Positions 19,441 through 29,798 of a stretch of DNA of 64,000 bases are shown here, in pieces. Location: contig CBDCNP010000002.1 in the NCBI GenBank assembly GCA_965219415.1, forward strand, positions 2,144,001 to 2,208,000. Reading direction: 5' to 3'. Origin of the DNA: Candidatus Marinacidobacterales bacterium. GTDB lineage: Bacteria > Acidobacteriota > Vicinamibacteria > Marinacidobacterales > DATDRI01. Position 1 is the first letter of the stretch. Each line of letters opens with the position of its first letter. The position numbers were made by a program, and so were the translations under genes. Below the pieces are notes generated by a model. It searched no databases. It saw only the letters and a program-made list of their open reading frames with translations, and had not been told where the DNA came from.

Positions 19441-20544
19441 ATGAACATGGACCGACGAGCCTTCCTCGCCGCATTGGCGGCGGCCAGCGCCGGTGCCGCG
19501 TTGCCAGGCCGAGCCGACCCGCTTCTCGCCGATACTTCTCGTGTACCTTTCGATGATTTACCGGAACGGCTCTTCGAAAGGACACCGGTCTTCGACGCCC
19601 TCGGTTTCATCGACGACGAACTACTGACCGATACCGATTGGGATCTGGTTCGGCGCTCCGGCGTCACCGCGCTCCACACCAGCCTCGACAACCGCAACTT
19701 GCGCGTCGCGCTCGAAGCTCTCACTCAATGGCAGGCTCGATTCGACAGCCAACCGGATCGACTGGTCAAAGTGCTCGGCGCGGACGATATCGACCGCGCG
19801 CACCGAGAGGACAAGCTCGGGATCTTGTTGGGTTTCCAAAACGCGACGTGTATCGAAGGGGATATCGACAACCTGCCCCTTCTTCACGACGCCGGCACCC
19901 GCATCATCCAGCTCACCTACAACTCGCGAAACCTCCTCGGGGACGGCTGCACGGAGAGAACCAATGCCGGGCTTTCCGATTTCGGTGTGGCAGTTGTGGA
20001 AACGATGAACGAGCTGGGAATTGCCGTCGACTTGTCTCATTGCGGGGAACAGACGAGTCGGGACGGCATCGCAATCTCCCGGAAACCTCCTGCCTTCACC
20101 CATACGATGTGCAAGGCACTGCACGATCATCCACGCGCCAAGAGTGACGAGTTGCTCCGCGCCATGGCCGACCGCGGCGGAATGGTCGGCATCGTGTCTC
20201 TCGGCTACTTCATTGGCCCCACGGCGGAAACCACATTGGAAGACTACCTGCAGCACGTCGACCACGCCGTCAACGTTGCGGGCGTCGATCACGTGGGCCT
20301 GGCCTCGGACTACTCGCTGCGAGGGATTCGCGCGACGGCCAGCCGCGAGAGCTGGTACGAGCCACGGCTGACGAGATACAAACCCAGCTATAACGTCCGC
20401 TGGCCTCCTTGGATCTCTGAGCTTGATGAACCCGAACGTTTTCGCACAACCGCCGAAGCACTGAAAGAGCGCGGCTATCGCAACGAGGACGTCGAGAAAT
20501 TATTGGGCGGAAATTGGAGCCGATACTTCCGGCAGGCGTTGTAG
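19441..20544 (+). CDS. Membrane dipeptidase (M19) with Tat signal
   Basis: DRRAFL twin-arginine signal; QLTYN, DLSH, HVGLASD. Confidence 0.88.
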   Translation: MNMDRRAFLAALAAASAGAALPGRADPLLADTSRVPFDDLPERLFERTPVFDALGFIDDELLTDTDWDLVRRSGVTALHTSLDNRNLRVALEALTQWQARFDSQPDRLVKVLGADDIDRAHREDKLGILLGFQNATCIEGDIDNLPLLHDAGTRIIQLTYNSRNLLGDGCTERTNAGLSDFGVAVVETMNELGIAVDLSHCGEQTSRDGIAISRKPPAFTHTMCKALHDHPRAKSDELLRAMADRGGMVGIVSLGYFIGPTAETTLEDYLQHVDHAVNVAGVDHVGLASDYSLRGIRATASRESWYEPRLTRYKPSYNVRWPPWISELDEPERFRTTAEALKERGYRNEDVEKLLGGNWSRYFRQAL

Positions 20545-20567
20545 TTCCCCGCCGGACCCACCGCAAG

Positions 20568-22346
20568 CTAGTCCGGCAGGGTTCGACCTTCATCCCCACC
20601 TAGCAACAAGAGCCGAACCAGCCGCAGGGGGGGCTCACCGCAGTGTAGAAACGCATCGTGGAAGTCTCGAAGGGTCTTCGTTTCCATTCCGACGTTCACG
20701 TAATCGGCGCGTAGCTTCAAGATTTGCAGCTTCCCCAAGGCGGCACTCAGCCGTGTCGGATCGGCGGCGATCAAGCTGACCTCTCGCGCCGCGGCGGTAG
20801 CATCGAGGAAGGCCTCGTTCACGAAAATCAAGGCCGCGGTCTCGAGGCTCAACCCTTCGGCATGAATCAAGATCGTTGCAACTAGACGACATAGCTCAAC
20901 AAGCGCCCGACGAAGCTGAACCAAACGTAGAAGCGGATCGGCGCTTCCATAGCCCTCGTCGAGAAACATCTCCTCCGCGTAATGCGCCCAGCCTTCTCGA
21001 TTGGCGCGGGAGAAAAGAAGACGCCGGAGCTCACTCAAGCGATTCTCCGATTCGTTTCCAGACAGAACTCGAACGTAATTTCCTGGATACACTTCACGCA
21101 TGGAAAGTAGCTGCAACATGTAGGGCTCAAAGGGCAATAGACCGCCGACGTTAGGTCCCTCGGCGAGAGGCATCGCCAACCTTAGGACGGCATCGCCCGT
21201 GGATTCCGCAGGCCCGGGCACGTGCAATTTCCCCAGCTCACCTTGTGGCAACGAAGGCGCTGCTTCGACTGCCGGATCGGCCGCGTAAGTCAGAACCCCG
21301 GCGATATTCTTCTTGAGTGCAAACTGCCTCAAGTCTTGAAGGAGCTCCACCGTATAGGGCAATACCTCCTCCCGTTCGAACCGTTGGTTAGAGACTTCGG
21401 CCAAAAGCATGGGGAGCGAGAGCTCGGAGCTGGTATTGGCGGCTATCGCTCGGATTCTCTGCTTCGTTTCTCCGAGCTGACGCTCGGTTAACCACCGAAT
21501 TTCGTCGAGCGGAGTCTCGTCCATCTCCGTATAGAGGAGCTGGACCCGGAGCAAGTCTTCACCCAGACGAAACGAATCGATTTCACTCCGCGTCACACTG
21601 GTCTGAAGGTGAACAATGAACTCCTCCATGGAATCTAGAGCCGCGAGGCTCGCGACTTCGATCTGTCTGCGCAGCAGGTCGTCCGTAGCTCCGGGCGATT
21701 TGTCCAGCACCGCTTCGAGCCCGCGCACTTGCTCCTGACAATTCCGGAGCTCTGCGATCCCGTCCTCGATAAGGATTGGAGAAAGACTCTCGATGTTCTG
21801 GAGCGCCGATTCCAGGAGAGACGGGATTTGATTGAGTCGAGACAGAAGCGCATCCAGCCTAGTCGGAGCTCCCGGCTGAAAAAGGCTCCATATGCCTGAA
21901 CGGATGACATCGCTGTAGAAGCGGGGCGATCGCCGCCATGACTCGATTTCCTCCAATTCAAAGATCTCCGTCTTGACCGCATTGGTTAGCAGCAGTGCGT
22001 CGATGAACGCCGGGCTCGAGAGTTTTGTCAGGTCGATCCCTAAGATCCTCTGGCGGAAATCGCGGAGCTCCGCCACTCGGGACTTGACCTCGCTGGCCGA
22101 GAAGCGACCCAAATCGGCATCGCTGTCGTGGACGCCGACCATCGTCGCCTGGACCGGATAGAATCGAAAGCGCGCATCGAAGTATTCTCTCGCCCTCTCC
22201 TCCAAAATCTGATCTTCGCGCGAGATGTCCGGACCGGGGCTTTCGGAGCAGGCGAAGGGGAAGACCAACGCGGCGAAAAGAGCAAGGATGGCCCGGCGAA
22301 GGGGTTTTTGACAGTCTTGTCGCCCTCTGCTAATTTCCGCCCGCAT
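20568..22346 (-). CDS. DUF885 family lipoprotein
   Basis: Lipobox PFAC; EGWAHYAE, LGKLQILKLR, FHDAFL. Confidence 0.8.
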   Translation of the reverse strand: MRAEISRGRQDCQKPLRRAILALFAALVFPFACSESPGPDISREDQILEERAREYFDARFRFYPVQATMVGVHDSDADLGRFSASEVKSRVAELRDFRQRILGIDLTKLSSPAFIDALLLTNAVKTEIFELEEIESWRRSPRFYSDVIRSGIWSLFQPGAPTRLDALLSRLNQIPSLLESALQNIESLSPILIEDGIAELRNCQEQVRGLEAVLDKSPGATDDLLRRQIEVASLAALDSMEEFIVHLQTSVTRSEIDSFRLGEDLLRVQLLYTEMDETPLDEIRWLTERQLGETKQRIRAIAANTSSELSLPMLLAEVSNQRFEREEVLPYTVELLQDLRQFALKKNIAGVLTYAADPAVEAAPSLPQGELGKLHVPGPAESTGDAVLRLAMPLAEGPNVGGLLPFEPYMLQLLSMREVYPGNYVRVLSGNESENRLSELRRLLFSRANREGWAHYAEEMFLDEGYGSADPLLRLVQLRRALVELCRLVATILIHAEGLSLETAALIFVNEAFLDATAAAREVSLIAADPTRLSAALGKLQILKLRADYVNVGMETKTLRDFHDAFLHCGEPPLRLVRLLLLGGDEGRTLPD

Positions 22347-22359
22347 ATCCAGTTCCCGA

Positions 22360-22406
22360 GACTATGCCTAGACTATGCCAGACTACGCTGGGCTATGCCG
22401 GACTAT
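22360..22406. repeat. Phased ~10-bp tandem repeat GACTATGCCN in a divergent intergenic region
   Basis: GACTATGCCTA GACTATGCCA GACTACGCTG GGCTATGCCG GACTAT. Confidence 0.6.
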
Positions 22407-22467
22407 TTTTGACACGCCCATGGAATATCAAGAGTAACAGGATCATCGGGAGCCGGCTCTCACCGAA

Positions 22468-23835
22468 GTGAACCGACCGAGACTCCATTTCTACGGTGGA
22501 CAAGCGGGAGCCCTCGCGCCATTCGTGCTCTTTCTCGCCGGAGTGGCCTGGTTGGGGCTTTCCGGCGCTCCCGACGAAAAGGGCTTTTGGCCAGTGCTTC
22601 TGGCGGCGCTCGCCCTAGGACTCTTGGTTACTAAGGACCGCACCGCGTACTCGGAGATCGTCATTCTCGGGATGAGCCAACCGATCGTGATCTTGATGAT
22701 CATGGCATGGCTCCTCGCCGGCGTCCTCGGAACCATCATGGCTGGAACCGGTTTCGTCGAGGCCCTGGTGTGGCTCGCCCGACAGACCGGCGTTTCCGGC
22801 GGCGGATACGTGGCCGCGGCGTTCTTGATCTGCTGCGGCGTCTCGACCTCGACCGGTACCAGCATTGGAACGATCCTGTTATGCGGACCGCTTCTCTATC
22901 CGGCGGGGAGCGCGATGGCCGTGGAACCGGCGGTACTGATGGGTGCCATCTTGGGCGGCGCCGTATTCGGCGACAATGTGTCTCCGATCTCCGACACCAC
23001 CATCGCGTCCGCCTTGACTCAAGATGCGCAAATTGGCGAAGTGGTACGGAGTCGACTGAAGTACGCGCTGCCCGCGGCGGGCGTGGCTCTGGTTTTCTAT
23101 GCCGCGTTGGGTGGCTCGGCGGCCGCGCCCGGCGCCGGCGCGGAGCAGATCGGCTCCCCGCGAGGATTGCCCATGGTGGTGGCGCCTGCCTTGACGGTTG
23201 GTCTTCTCTTGGCCCGGCGTCATTTGCTCGAAGGACTCATCTCCGGGATCCTTGCCGCGGCCGCCATCGGCATAGTCCTCGGGCTCTTGGAACCCTCTGA
23301 GCTTCTCTACATAGACTCCGAGAGTTTTAGCGCCAAGGGCATCGTCCTGGAAGGCCTGGAGCGAGGGGTGGGTGCTTCCATCTTTACGCTTTTTCTGATG
23401 GGGATGGTGGCGAGCATCGAGGCCGCCGGCATCTTGGAGAGAGTCGTCGAGTTCGCGCGAAAACGAACCGGATCACCCCGTGGGGCGGAGCTATGGATCT
23501 TCGGAACGGTCTCCGCGGCGGTCGCGATCACGACGCACAGCGCGGTTGCCATCCTCACCGTCGGTCAGTTCACGCGGGAGACCGGCCAACGTTTCGGAAT
23601 CTCGCCATCCCGCCGCGCCAATTTGCTCGACGTTACCGTGTGCAGCTTCCCGTTCAATCTCCCCTACTTCGTGCCGGTGATCCTCGCCGCAAGTACCAGC
23701 GCATCGGGAGTCGATTTCGGAATGCCACGCGTCTCGCCCTTCGAGACCGGATTCAATAATTACCACTCGTGGATGCTGTTGGTCGTCGTTGTTTTGGCCA
23801 TCACCACCGGCTTCGGCAGAGAGCGACAGGAATAA
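22468..23835 (+). CDS. NhaC-family Na+/H+ antiporter or amino acid transporter
   Basis: STGTSIGT, GAVFGDNVSPISDTTIASA; many TM helices. Confidence 0.85.
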   Translation: MNRPRLHFYGGQAGALAPFVLFLAGVAWLGLSGAPDEKGFWPVLLAALALGLLVTKDRTAYSEIVILGMSQPIVILMIMAWLLAGVLGTIMAGTGFVEALVWLARQTGVSGGGYVAAAFLICCGVSTSTGTSIGTILLCGPLLYPAGSAMAVEPAVLMGAILGGAVFGDNVSPISDTTIASALTQDAQIGEVVRSRLKYALPAAGVALVFYAALGGSAAAPGAGAEQIGSPRGLPMVVAPALTVGLLLARRHLLEGLISGILAAAAIGIVLGLLEPSELLYIDSESFSAKGIVLEGLERGVGASIFTLFLMGMVASIEAAGILERVVEFARKRTGSPRGAELWIFGTVSAAVAITTHSAVAILTVGQFTRETGQRFGISPSRRANLLDVTVCSFPFNLPYFVPVILAASTSASGVDFGMPRVSPFETGFNNYHSWMLLVVVVLAITTGFGRERQE

Positions 23836-23872
23836 GGCGTATGAGCCTTCGGCCCGCGCACAGTCGCATGTC

Positions 23873-23976
23873 GGCCGCCAAATTACGAGGTTGCTTGACC
23901 GGAGCTCGCCAGGCGGGCACTCAGTTCCCGCTGGCCGCCAAAATAGGTTGTTGCTTAGCTGGAGCTAGCCAGGCGG
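23873..23976 (+). repeat. Two tandem copies (60-bp period) of a 44-bp dispersed repeat
   Basis: GGCCGCCAAA-N7-GTTGCTT-N9-(C/A)GCCAGGCGG at 23873..23916 and 23933..23976. Confidence 0.8.
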
Positions 23977-25891
23977 CGGTGGGGCCCCGCGCGCACTAAT
24001 TGATTTCTTCGGCCGCCGGCCTCACTCGGCCCGCAACGCCTCCGTCGGATCCACCGAAGCCGCCCGCCTCGCCGGGACATAGCACGCCACCAGCGCGACC
24101 GCGGACAAGACCACTGCCGTCGCTGCAAAGCTTGCGCCATCGGTAGCGCTCACCTCAAACAAGAGACTCGAGAGGACGCGACCCAGGCCGAGAGCGGCAA
24201 ACAGACCCATGGCGATACCGACCAGCGTCAGGACCAAGCCCTGACCAAGAACTAGTCGCACCAGGTCGACTCGACTCGCGCCCAACGCGATACGGACTCC
24301 GAGCTCCCGGGTGCGGCCCCCGACGACTTGCGACAACAACCCGTAGACCCCCACTGCAGCCAGCAGCAGCGCTACCGCAGAGAAGACCGCCAACAAAAGC
24401 GTGGTGAGCCGTTGTCGGGCTACCGAACGCGTCAACAGCGCTTCCATCGTCGTCACGTCGGAGATCGCGAGGTCTGGATCGAGCTGCCACGCAGCGCGGC
24501 GCAGCGGCTCGGCCAAGGTTCCGGGAGCGATGTCCGTTCGCACAACGAGCGTTGCCCTGCGCGGCAGCCCGTAACCGTAAAAGGATTCTTGAGCGTGCGG
24601 AACGAAGACTGTTGGTTGCGATGGCACTGCGAGACCCTCATGTCGGACGTCTCCGACGACACCGACGATCTCGAACGGCACTTCCTTCGGTCTGCTAGCG
24701 ACGATTAGGATCCTTTGCCCCAGCGCCTCATCCCGGCGAAAGAAGCTTCGCGCCAGCGTCTCGTTGACGATCACCACACGCGGAGACGATTTCGTATCGC
24801 TGGCCGTGAAGTCTCGACCGCGAAGAGGAATCCCGAGCGTGCGGAAGTATCCCGGGCTCACTGTCTGGTGCCCGACGGCCGGAAACGGATCCTGAGGACG
24901 AAACTCGCTGTCCACGTGATCGAATCGCTCGGTACGCAGTCCCTGTGCAAACGGTAGGTTGCTTACATGGCTGACCGATCTCACCCCGGGGAGAGCTCCC
25001 AGTTTGAGCACCAACTCCGGAAAAAAGGCCTCGACATCACCGGAATCGGGATAACGAGCTTCCGGCAGCGAAATCCTCGCGCTCAGTACACCCGTCGGTT
25101 CGATGCCCGGCTGAATCTGCAGAAGATTCCAGAAGCTGCGAAGCAAGAGAGTGGAGCCCAGACCAGCACCACCGCCAGGGCAATTTCGGCGACAACGAGG
25201 ATGCCTCGCAACCGTGGTCGTCCCGCGCTCTCACCGATCTCACGAGCGCCCGATACGAGAGAGGAGCCCAAGGTCTGACGCGAGGCACGTAACCCCGGAA
25301 CCAGGCCGAAGGCCAGTGCAGACAAAACTGAGACCGCGAGCGTGAAAGCACGCGATGGAACCCGGTAACCTTCCGCGGGTCGATCAGATCGGTGTTGATG
25401 CAGCCGTGGCTGAGAAGCACATCGACTCCCCAGACCGCGAATAGCAACCCGAGCGCGCCGCCGACCAGGGCGAGGACCAAGCTCTCGGCCAAGGTTTGCG
25501 AGAGAAGTCGTGCCCGTCCGGCACCAAGTGCAGTCCGAATCGCCATCTCCTTCTGTCGCCCTTCGGCTCGGGCCAGAAATAGGCTGGCCACGTTGACACA
25601 AGCAATCAAGAGAACCAGCCCCACCGTCCCCAGGAGAACGAAAAGCAGCGTTCGAACATCGCCTACTAGCTGCTCCTTCATCGCGAGCGCGTTCAAGGGA
25701 TGGGCGTGCTCGTAATCGCTAGCCCACCGCTCGCTCACGACGTCCATCTCCGCAAGCACCTGCGGTAGACCGATCCCCGCGCGTACACGGCCTATCACCG
25801 TCAGGTAGTGCCCGGATCGATCGGTGATGGAGACTCGGTCGAGAACGAGGGGAACCCACAGCTGCGCGCCCTTGAAAGGAAAAATAAAAGC

Positions 25892-27276
25892 GGGTTTACG
25901 CGGATTCGTGTAGGTAAGTTCTGACGGAAAAACAGTGTAACTCATTGTGTGGAAAAGGTATCGAGTACTTCATCAGGTGCTGAAAAGTGGTCCATTTTTA
26001 GGATAGGCTAACCGAGTGAAAAATTCCCAGTCGATCCGCTCGCTGTTTGCGCTGCCAGGTTTCGTGGTTGGTGCCGGATTGAAGGGTCTATTCGGTGACC
26101 GATACGCCCGCGTCATCCAGCTCAAGAGGCGAAAAAAACAGCTGTGTGCTCTTACTGTGGGCAACGGTGCCGGGGGCGCTATGACAAGCAAGTGTGCCGG
26201 GTCCGCGACCTGTCGTTGGCAGGCTGGCGGATCTATCTGGAATACGAGCGTTGGCGCGTCAACTGTTCTGGGTGCGGCGGTGTGCATGTAGAACAACCTA
26301 GACTGGCTGGCGAACAACTCGCGCTACACCCAGCGTTTTGCGACGCATGTGGGCAAGCTGTGCCGGGATATGCCGAACAAGGCGGTGGCCGAGATGGAAC
26401 GTCTGCACCACGGTACGGTGAAGGCTCTGGATACGCTCTACATGCAAGAGTAGGTCGACCGGGCGGGGCTACCGGCGCCTCGGGCCATCGGTGTCGATGA
26501 GATCTCCATCCGCAAGGGACATAACTATCGCGTCATTGTCAGCGACCTGGAGCGGGCGCGTCCCATCTGGGTGGGCGGTGAGGGTCGCAAAGAAACCGAC
26601 ATCGATTTGTTCTTCAAGGCGCCGGGCGGAAAGAAAAGCGCCCGTATCAAGCTGGCCGCCATGGATATGTGGAAGCCCTTCCGGAACTCGGTGATTCACA
26701 ACGCGCCTAATGCGCGGATCATCTTCGACAAGTTTCATATCATGCGTCATCTGTCAAAGGCCCTCGATGAGGTCCGGCGCGGTGAGTACAAACGCCTCAG
26801 CGGCAAGGACCGGTCGTATATCAAGGGGCAGCGTTACACTTTGCTTTCCCGGCGGGAGAACCTGAGCCTAGACGGTCGCCGCGCACTCAAAAAGTTGCTC
26901 CAGGCCAACCGGCGCCTGAACACCGCCTATATTTTGAAGGAGGCCTTCGGGCAACTCTGGGATTACCGCACCGAACGCGGCGCTCGCGCCTTTTTCACTC
27001 GTTGGAAAGACAGCCTCAAATGGCAACGCCTGCATCCGTACCAGAAGTTCGCCGGTATGATTGAGTCCCATTGGGATGGTATCGCCTCCTACTGTCATCC
27101 GGAGAACAAAGTCAGTCTCGGCCTAGTTGAAGGGGTCAACAACAAAATCCGTGTTCTGCAACGACGCGCCTACGGCTATCGCGACGAGGAATATCTCAAG
27201 CTGAAGATCGTGGCGGCTTTCCTTCCGCTATTACCCAGAAATGCAGTTTTCAACCCACACGAATCCGCGTAGACCC
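25892..27276 (+). mobile_element. ISL3-family insertion sequence
   Basis: IRs GGGTTTACGCGGATTCGTGTAGGT / rc GGGTCTACGCGGATTCGTGTGGGT; flanks ATAAAAGC / ACAAAAGC (8-bp TSD, one mismatch). Confidence 0.9.
26016..27272 (+). pseudogene. ISL3 transposase, frameshifted with in-frame TAG
   Basis: CSYCG and CSGCG zinc finger, IGVDE, MDMWKPF, FDKFH, EGVNNKI, AYGYRD; A-run near 26135, extra C near 26297, TAG near 26450. Confidence 0.88.
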
Positions 27277-27497
27277 ACAAAAGCTTGCGGCATAAGACCA
27301 TCGCGAAGCCGGGTCGCTTTAGCAAGGTGCGGATTGCCGGGCGCAGATCGTGAGCTAGATTCGGCATGACGACTCCCTCCGAGCCGAAGGAAAGCAAAAC
27401 GTAGGCCAACACAATACCTGTATGGAACAGCGTTTTAGCGGCGGGTCGGAGAAAGACCGTCCAGTTTCGGGACGCGCAAGGTTCCGAGATCGGACAG

Positions 27498-27600
27498 CCG
27501 CCTGGCGCGCCCGCTAGAAGCAACGCCCCGTTTGGGCGGCCAGAACGATCCGCTAAGCGCCTGGCGCGTCTGCTAGGAGCAACGCCCTGTTTTGGCGCCC
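27498..27600 (-). repeat. Two tandem reverse-strand copies of the 44-bp repeat
   Basis: Reverse complements GGCCGCCCAAACGGGGCGTTGCTTCTAGCGGGCGCGCCAGGCGG and GGGCGCCAAAACAGGGCGTTGCTCCTAGCAGACGCGCCAGGCGC. Confidence 0.7.
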
Positions 27601-27633
27601 AGCGCGATGGGACAGCCGCTCGGTGGACCGCCC

Positions 27634-28320
27634 TTAGAGTCGGATCAGAATCTCTTCAAGCAGTTTTCTGTGGAGATCGGGCACCTCGGCGTCCTTCGCC
27701 GGGTAGCCCACCGGAATCAGAACGAACGGTGTTTCGTTGGCGGGTCGCTTCAAGATCTCGCGAAGGAACTTCATGGGGCTCGGGGTGTGGGTCAGAGTCG
27801 CAAGGCCCGCGTTATGCAGCGCCGCGAGAAGCATGCCCACTGCGATCCCCACCGACTCCACAACGTAATAGTGTTTGCGCTTGACCAAGGTACCGTCGTC
27901 GAGCGCGGCGCCTTCGAGACCGTAGTCGGCCCGAAATACAACGATCAGATACGGGGCGATCTCCAAAAATTCCTTGTGCCAATCGGTTCCTAGGGGAGCC
28001 AAGGCCTCTTTCCATTCCTCCGGCATTCGCCGCTCGTAGTTCTCGCGTTCCTCCGCTTCCGCGGCTTCACGAATCCGGCTCTTGATTTGCGGGTCGGAGA
28101 CCACCACGAACCGCCATGGCTGTTGATGTGCGCCGGAGGGTGCGGTCCCGGCTGTTTGGATCGCGTGTTCGATGAGGTGGAACGAAACCGGCCTTGGCGA
28201 GAAGTCGCGCACGGTTCGGCGGCGATCCATGACCTCGTAAAACTCCTGCGCCCTCCACCGTTGCTCATCCTCTGCGAGCTCGTCGAAACGAAGGGGTATG
28301 AACTTGGGAGTTCCTCTCAT
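27634..28320 (-). CDS. Iodotyrosine deiodinase-like nitroreductase
   Basis: RRTVRDFS, TAPSGAHQQPW, EERENY lid, LGTDWHKEFL, LTHTPSPM. Confidence 0.82.
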   Translation of the reverse strand: MRGTPKFIPLRFDELAEDEQRWRAQEFYEVMDRRRTVRDFSPRPVSFHLIEHAIQTAGTAPSGAHQQPWRFVVVSDPQIKSRIREAAEAEERENYERRMPEEWKEALAPLGTDWHKEFLEIAPYLIVVFRADYGLEGAALDDGTLVKRKHYYVVESVGIAVGMLLAALHNAGLATLTHTPSPMKFLREILKRPANETPFVLIPVGYPAKDAEVPDLHRKLLEEILIRL

Positions 28321-28362
28321 GAGTTCACACATCGGGCTCGGGCGGACGACGCCGAGCGCAGC

Positions 28363-29724
28363 TCAAACCTTGAAGAAGGCTTCCTTTTCGGCCATCGGCG
28401 CCCCCTTCAGCAGGTGCCGGGCAAGATGAATTGACATCTTCATCGAGTGATCGGAATTGTTGTACCAGTAGGCACCGGTGCGTCCAAGAAGTTTTAGATT
28501 CTTGAAAGGCTTCGCCATGCGCGCCGCCGCCGCGAAACTCTCCTTGTAGCGAAGATCGTAAATTGGATAGGTGTCGCGAACTTTCTCGATGTGCACCGCG
28601 CCAAAATCCTCGAGAGAGCGAACCAATTTCAATCGGACGAGATCGGATTGGACCTGCGATACCAGTGCCTCTGGATCGCGCCACGCCTCGCCACCTTCGA
28701 AGCAGGTAACTTCGACGCAGAGCCCCGTCTTTCCGGACGGCGACATGTAAGGAGCTAGCTCCTTGGTGATGGTCACGCGGGAGAGGACCGTGTCGGAACT
28801 GCCGTAGTAGATCCACTGTTCGTGCTCCAGCACGTCGGCATGGACTTCGATATTGAAAAGCACCGTCGACAGATACCGGATCGCCGGAGGCTCCTTTCCC
28901 AGAAGCCGCGCGAGGGCAATCAGGTTTCCGCTCCAAATCAGGTACTTGGGTCTTAGCTTGGTCCCGTCGGTCAGCTCCACTTCTTCGACTTTCCCGTCCT
29001 CGGTACGGATCGCGGTGACCGTATCGCTGAGCCGGATTTCGCCGCCTCTCTCGGGGATCTGTTCCGCCAGTTTCTCGCAAAAAGTACCGAAGCCCCCGTA
29101 GCTAGGATAAAGAAACTTGGTCACCACAGGACGAGGCAGAAGCACGTTGCGCACCAGATCGAAAAGGGAATCGCTCTTCACCCGCTTGTCGATCACCGCA
29201 CGATTGATTCCAGTCGTAGCCCAATCTACATGAACATCTTCGCAGGGGATCTGAAGAAATTTCTCGGTGTACGGCTTAAAGAAGAGACGATACAGGGTGT
29301 CTCCATAGCGGGAGCGCGTGTACTCCGTGAAAGAGTTATCGTCCGCCGGTGGCCGACGCCTCAGAAGGTCGAGTCCCGACGAGAACATGACGGGAAGCGG
29401 GAGTCGAAACAGAGCGCGACTATCGAGAGGCCAAGCGAAATACTTTCCGAACAAGTGCACCGAGCTCGACCGGTCCACCACCAGGCAGTCATCACCGAGA
29501 ACCTCGAGAAGAAAGTCCAAGACTTCTTTGTCTTCGGTGTGGAATCGCTTGGGTCCGACATCGAAGGTGAAGCCGTTGTAATGAAACGAGCGGGCCAGTC
29601 CACCGACCACATCGTTGCGCTCGACGACGGTCACCTGCTGTTTTTCCTTGAGGACCGTGTGGGCGAAGGTGAGACCGGCCACGCCGGCACCCACTACTAG
29701 GAAGTCTTTGTCAGTACTCATCAC
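28363..29724 (-). CDS. FAD-dependent oxidoreductase (protoporphyrinogen oxidase/UDP-galactopyranose mutase-like)
   Basis: GAGVAG, GGLARS, FDVGP, YPIY, LGRTGAYWYNNSDHS. Confidence 0.75.
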   Translation of the reverse strand: MMSTDKDFLVVGAGVAGLTFAHTVLKEKQQVTVVERNDVVGGLARSFHYNGFTFDVGPKRFHTEDKEVLDFLLEVLGDDCLVVDRSSSVHLFGKYFAWPLDSRALFRLPLPVMFSSGLDLLRRRPPADDNSFTEYTRSRYGDTLYRLFFKPYTEKFLQIPCEDVHVDWATTGINRAVIDKRVKSDSLFDLVRNVLLPRPVVTKFLYPSYGGFGTFCEKLAEQIPERGGEIRLSDTVTAIRTEDGKVEEVELTDGTKLRPKYLIWSGNLIALARLLGKEPPAIRYLSTVLFNIEVHADVLEHEQWIYYGSSDTVLSRVTITKELAPYMSPSGKTGLCVEVTCFEGGEAWRDPEALVSQVQSDLVRLKLVRSLEDFGAVHIEKVRDTYPIYDLRYKESFAAAARMAKPFKNLKLLGRTGAYWYNNSDHSMKMSIHLARHLLKGAPMAEKEAFFKV

Positions 29725-29798
29725 TCGACCCGTGCAATCGGTTACTCTAGCACGGGCGACGACGCGTCGGAAACGTCAGGGCCCTACCAGGAAAGACG

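Larger units (their letters stand above)
24022..27367 (-). pseudogene. ADOP/MacB-FtsX ABC permease pseudogene interrupted by ISL3
   Basis: N-term DLRPAIRTLLKRPGF; LIACVNVASL, RQKEMAIRTALGA; C-term PARRAASVDPTEALRAE; internal deletions and frameshifts. Confidence 0.88.

Noticed and set aside
23873-23976. Possible CRISPR array
   Set aside because: Only two degenerate units per locus, 15-16 bp between them, and no cas genes in the window
26448-26455. In-frame TAG in the ISL3 (and IS3, near 63770) transposase as pyrrolysine or readthrough
   Set aside because: Both elements carry other inactivating lesions, no pyl genes are seen, and TAG is a normal stop in this window
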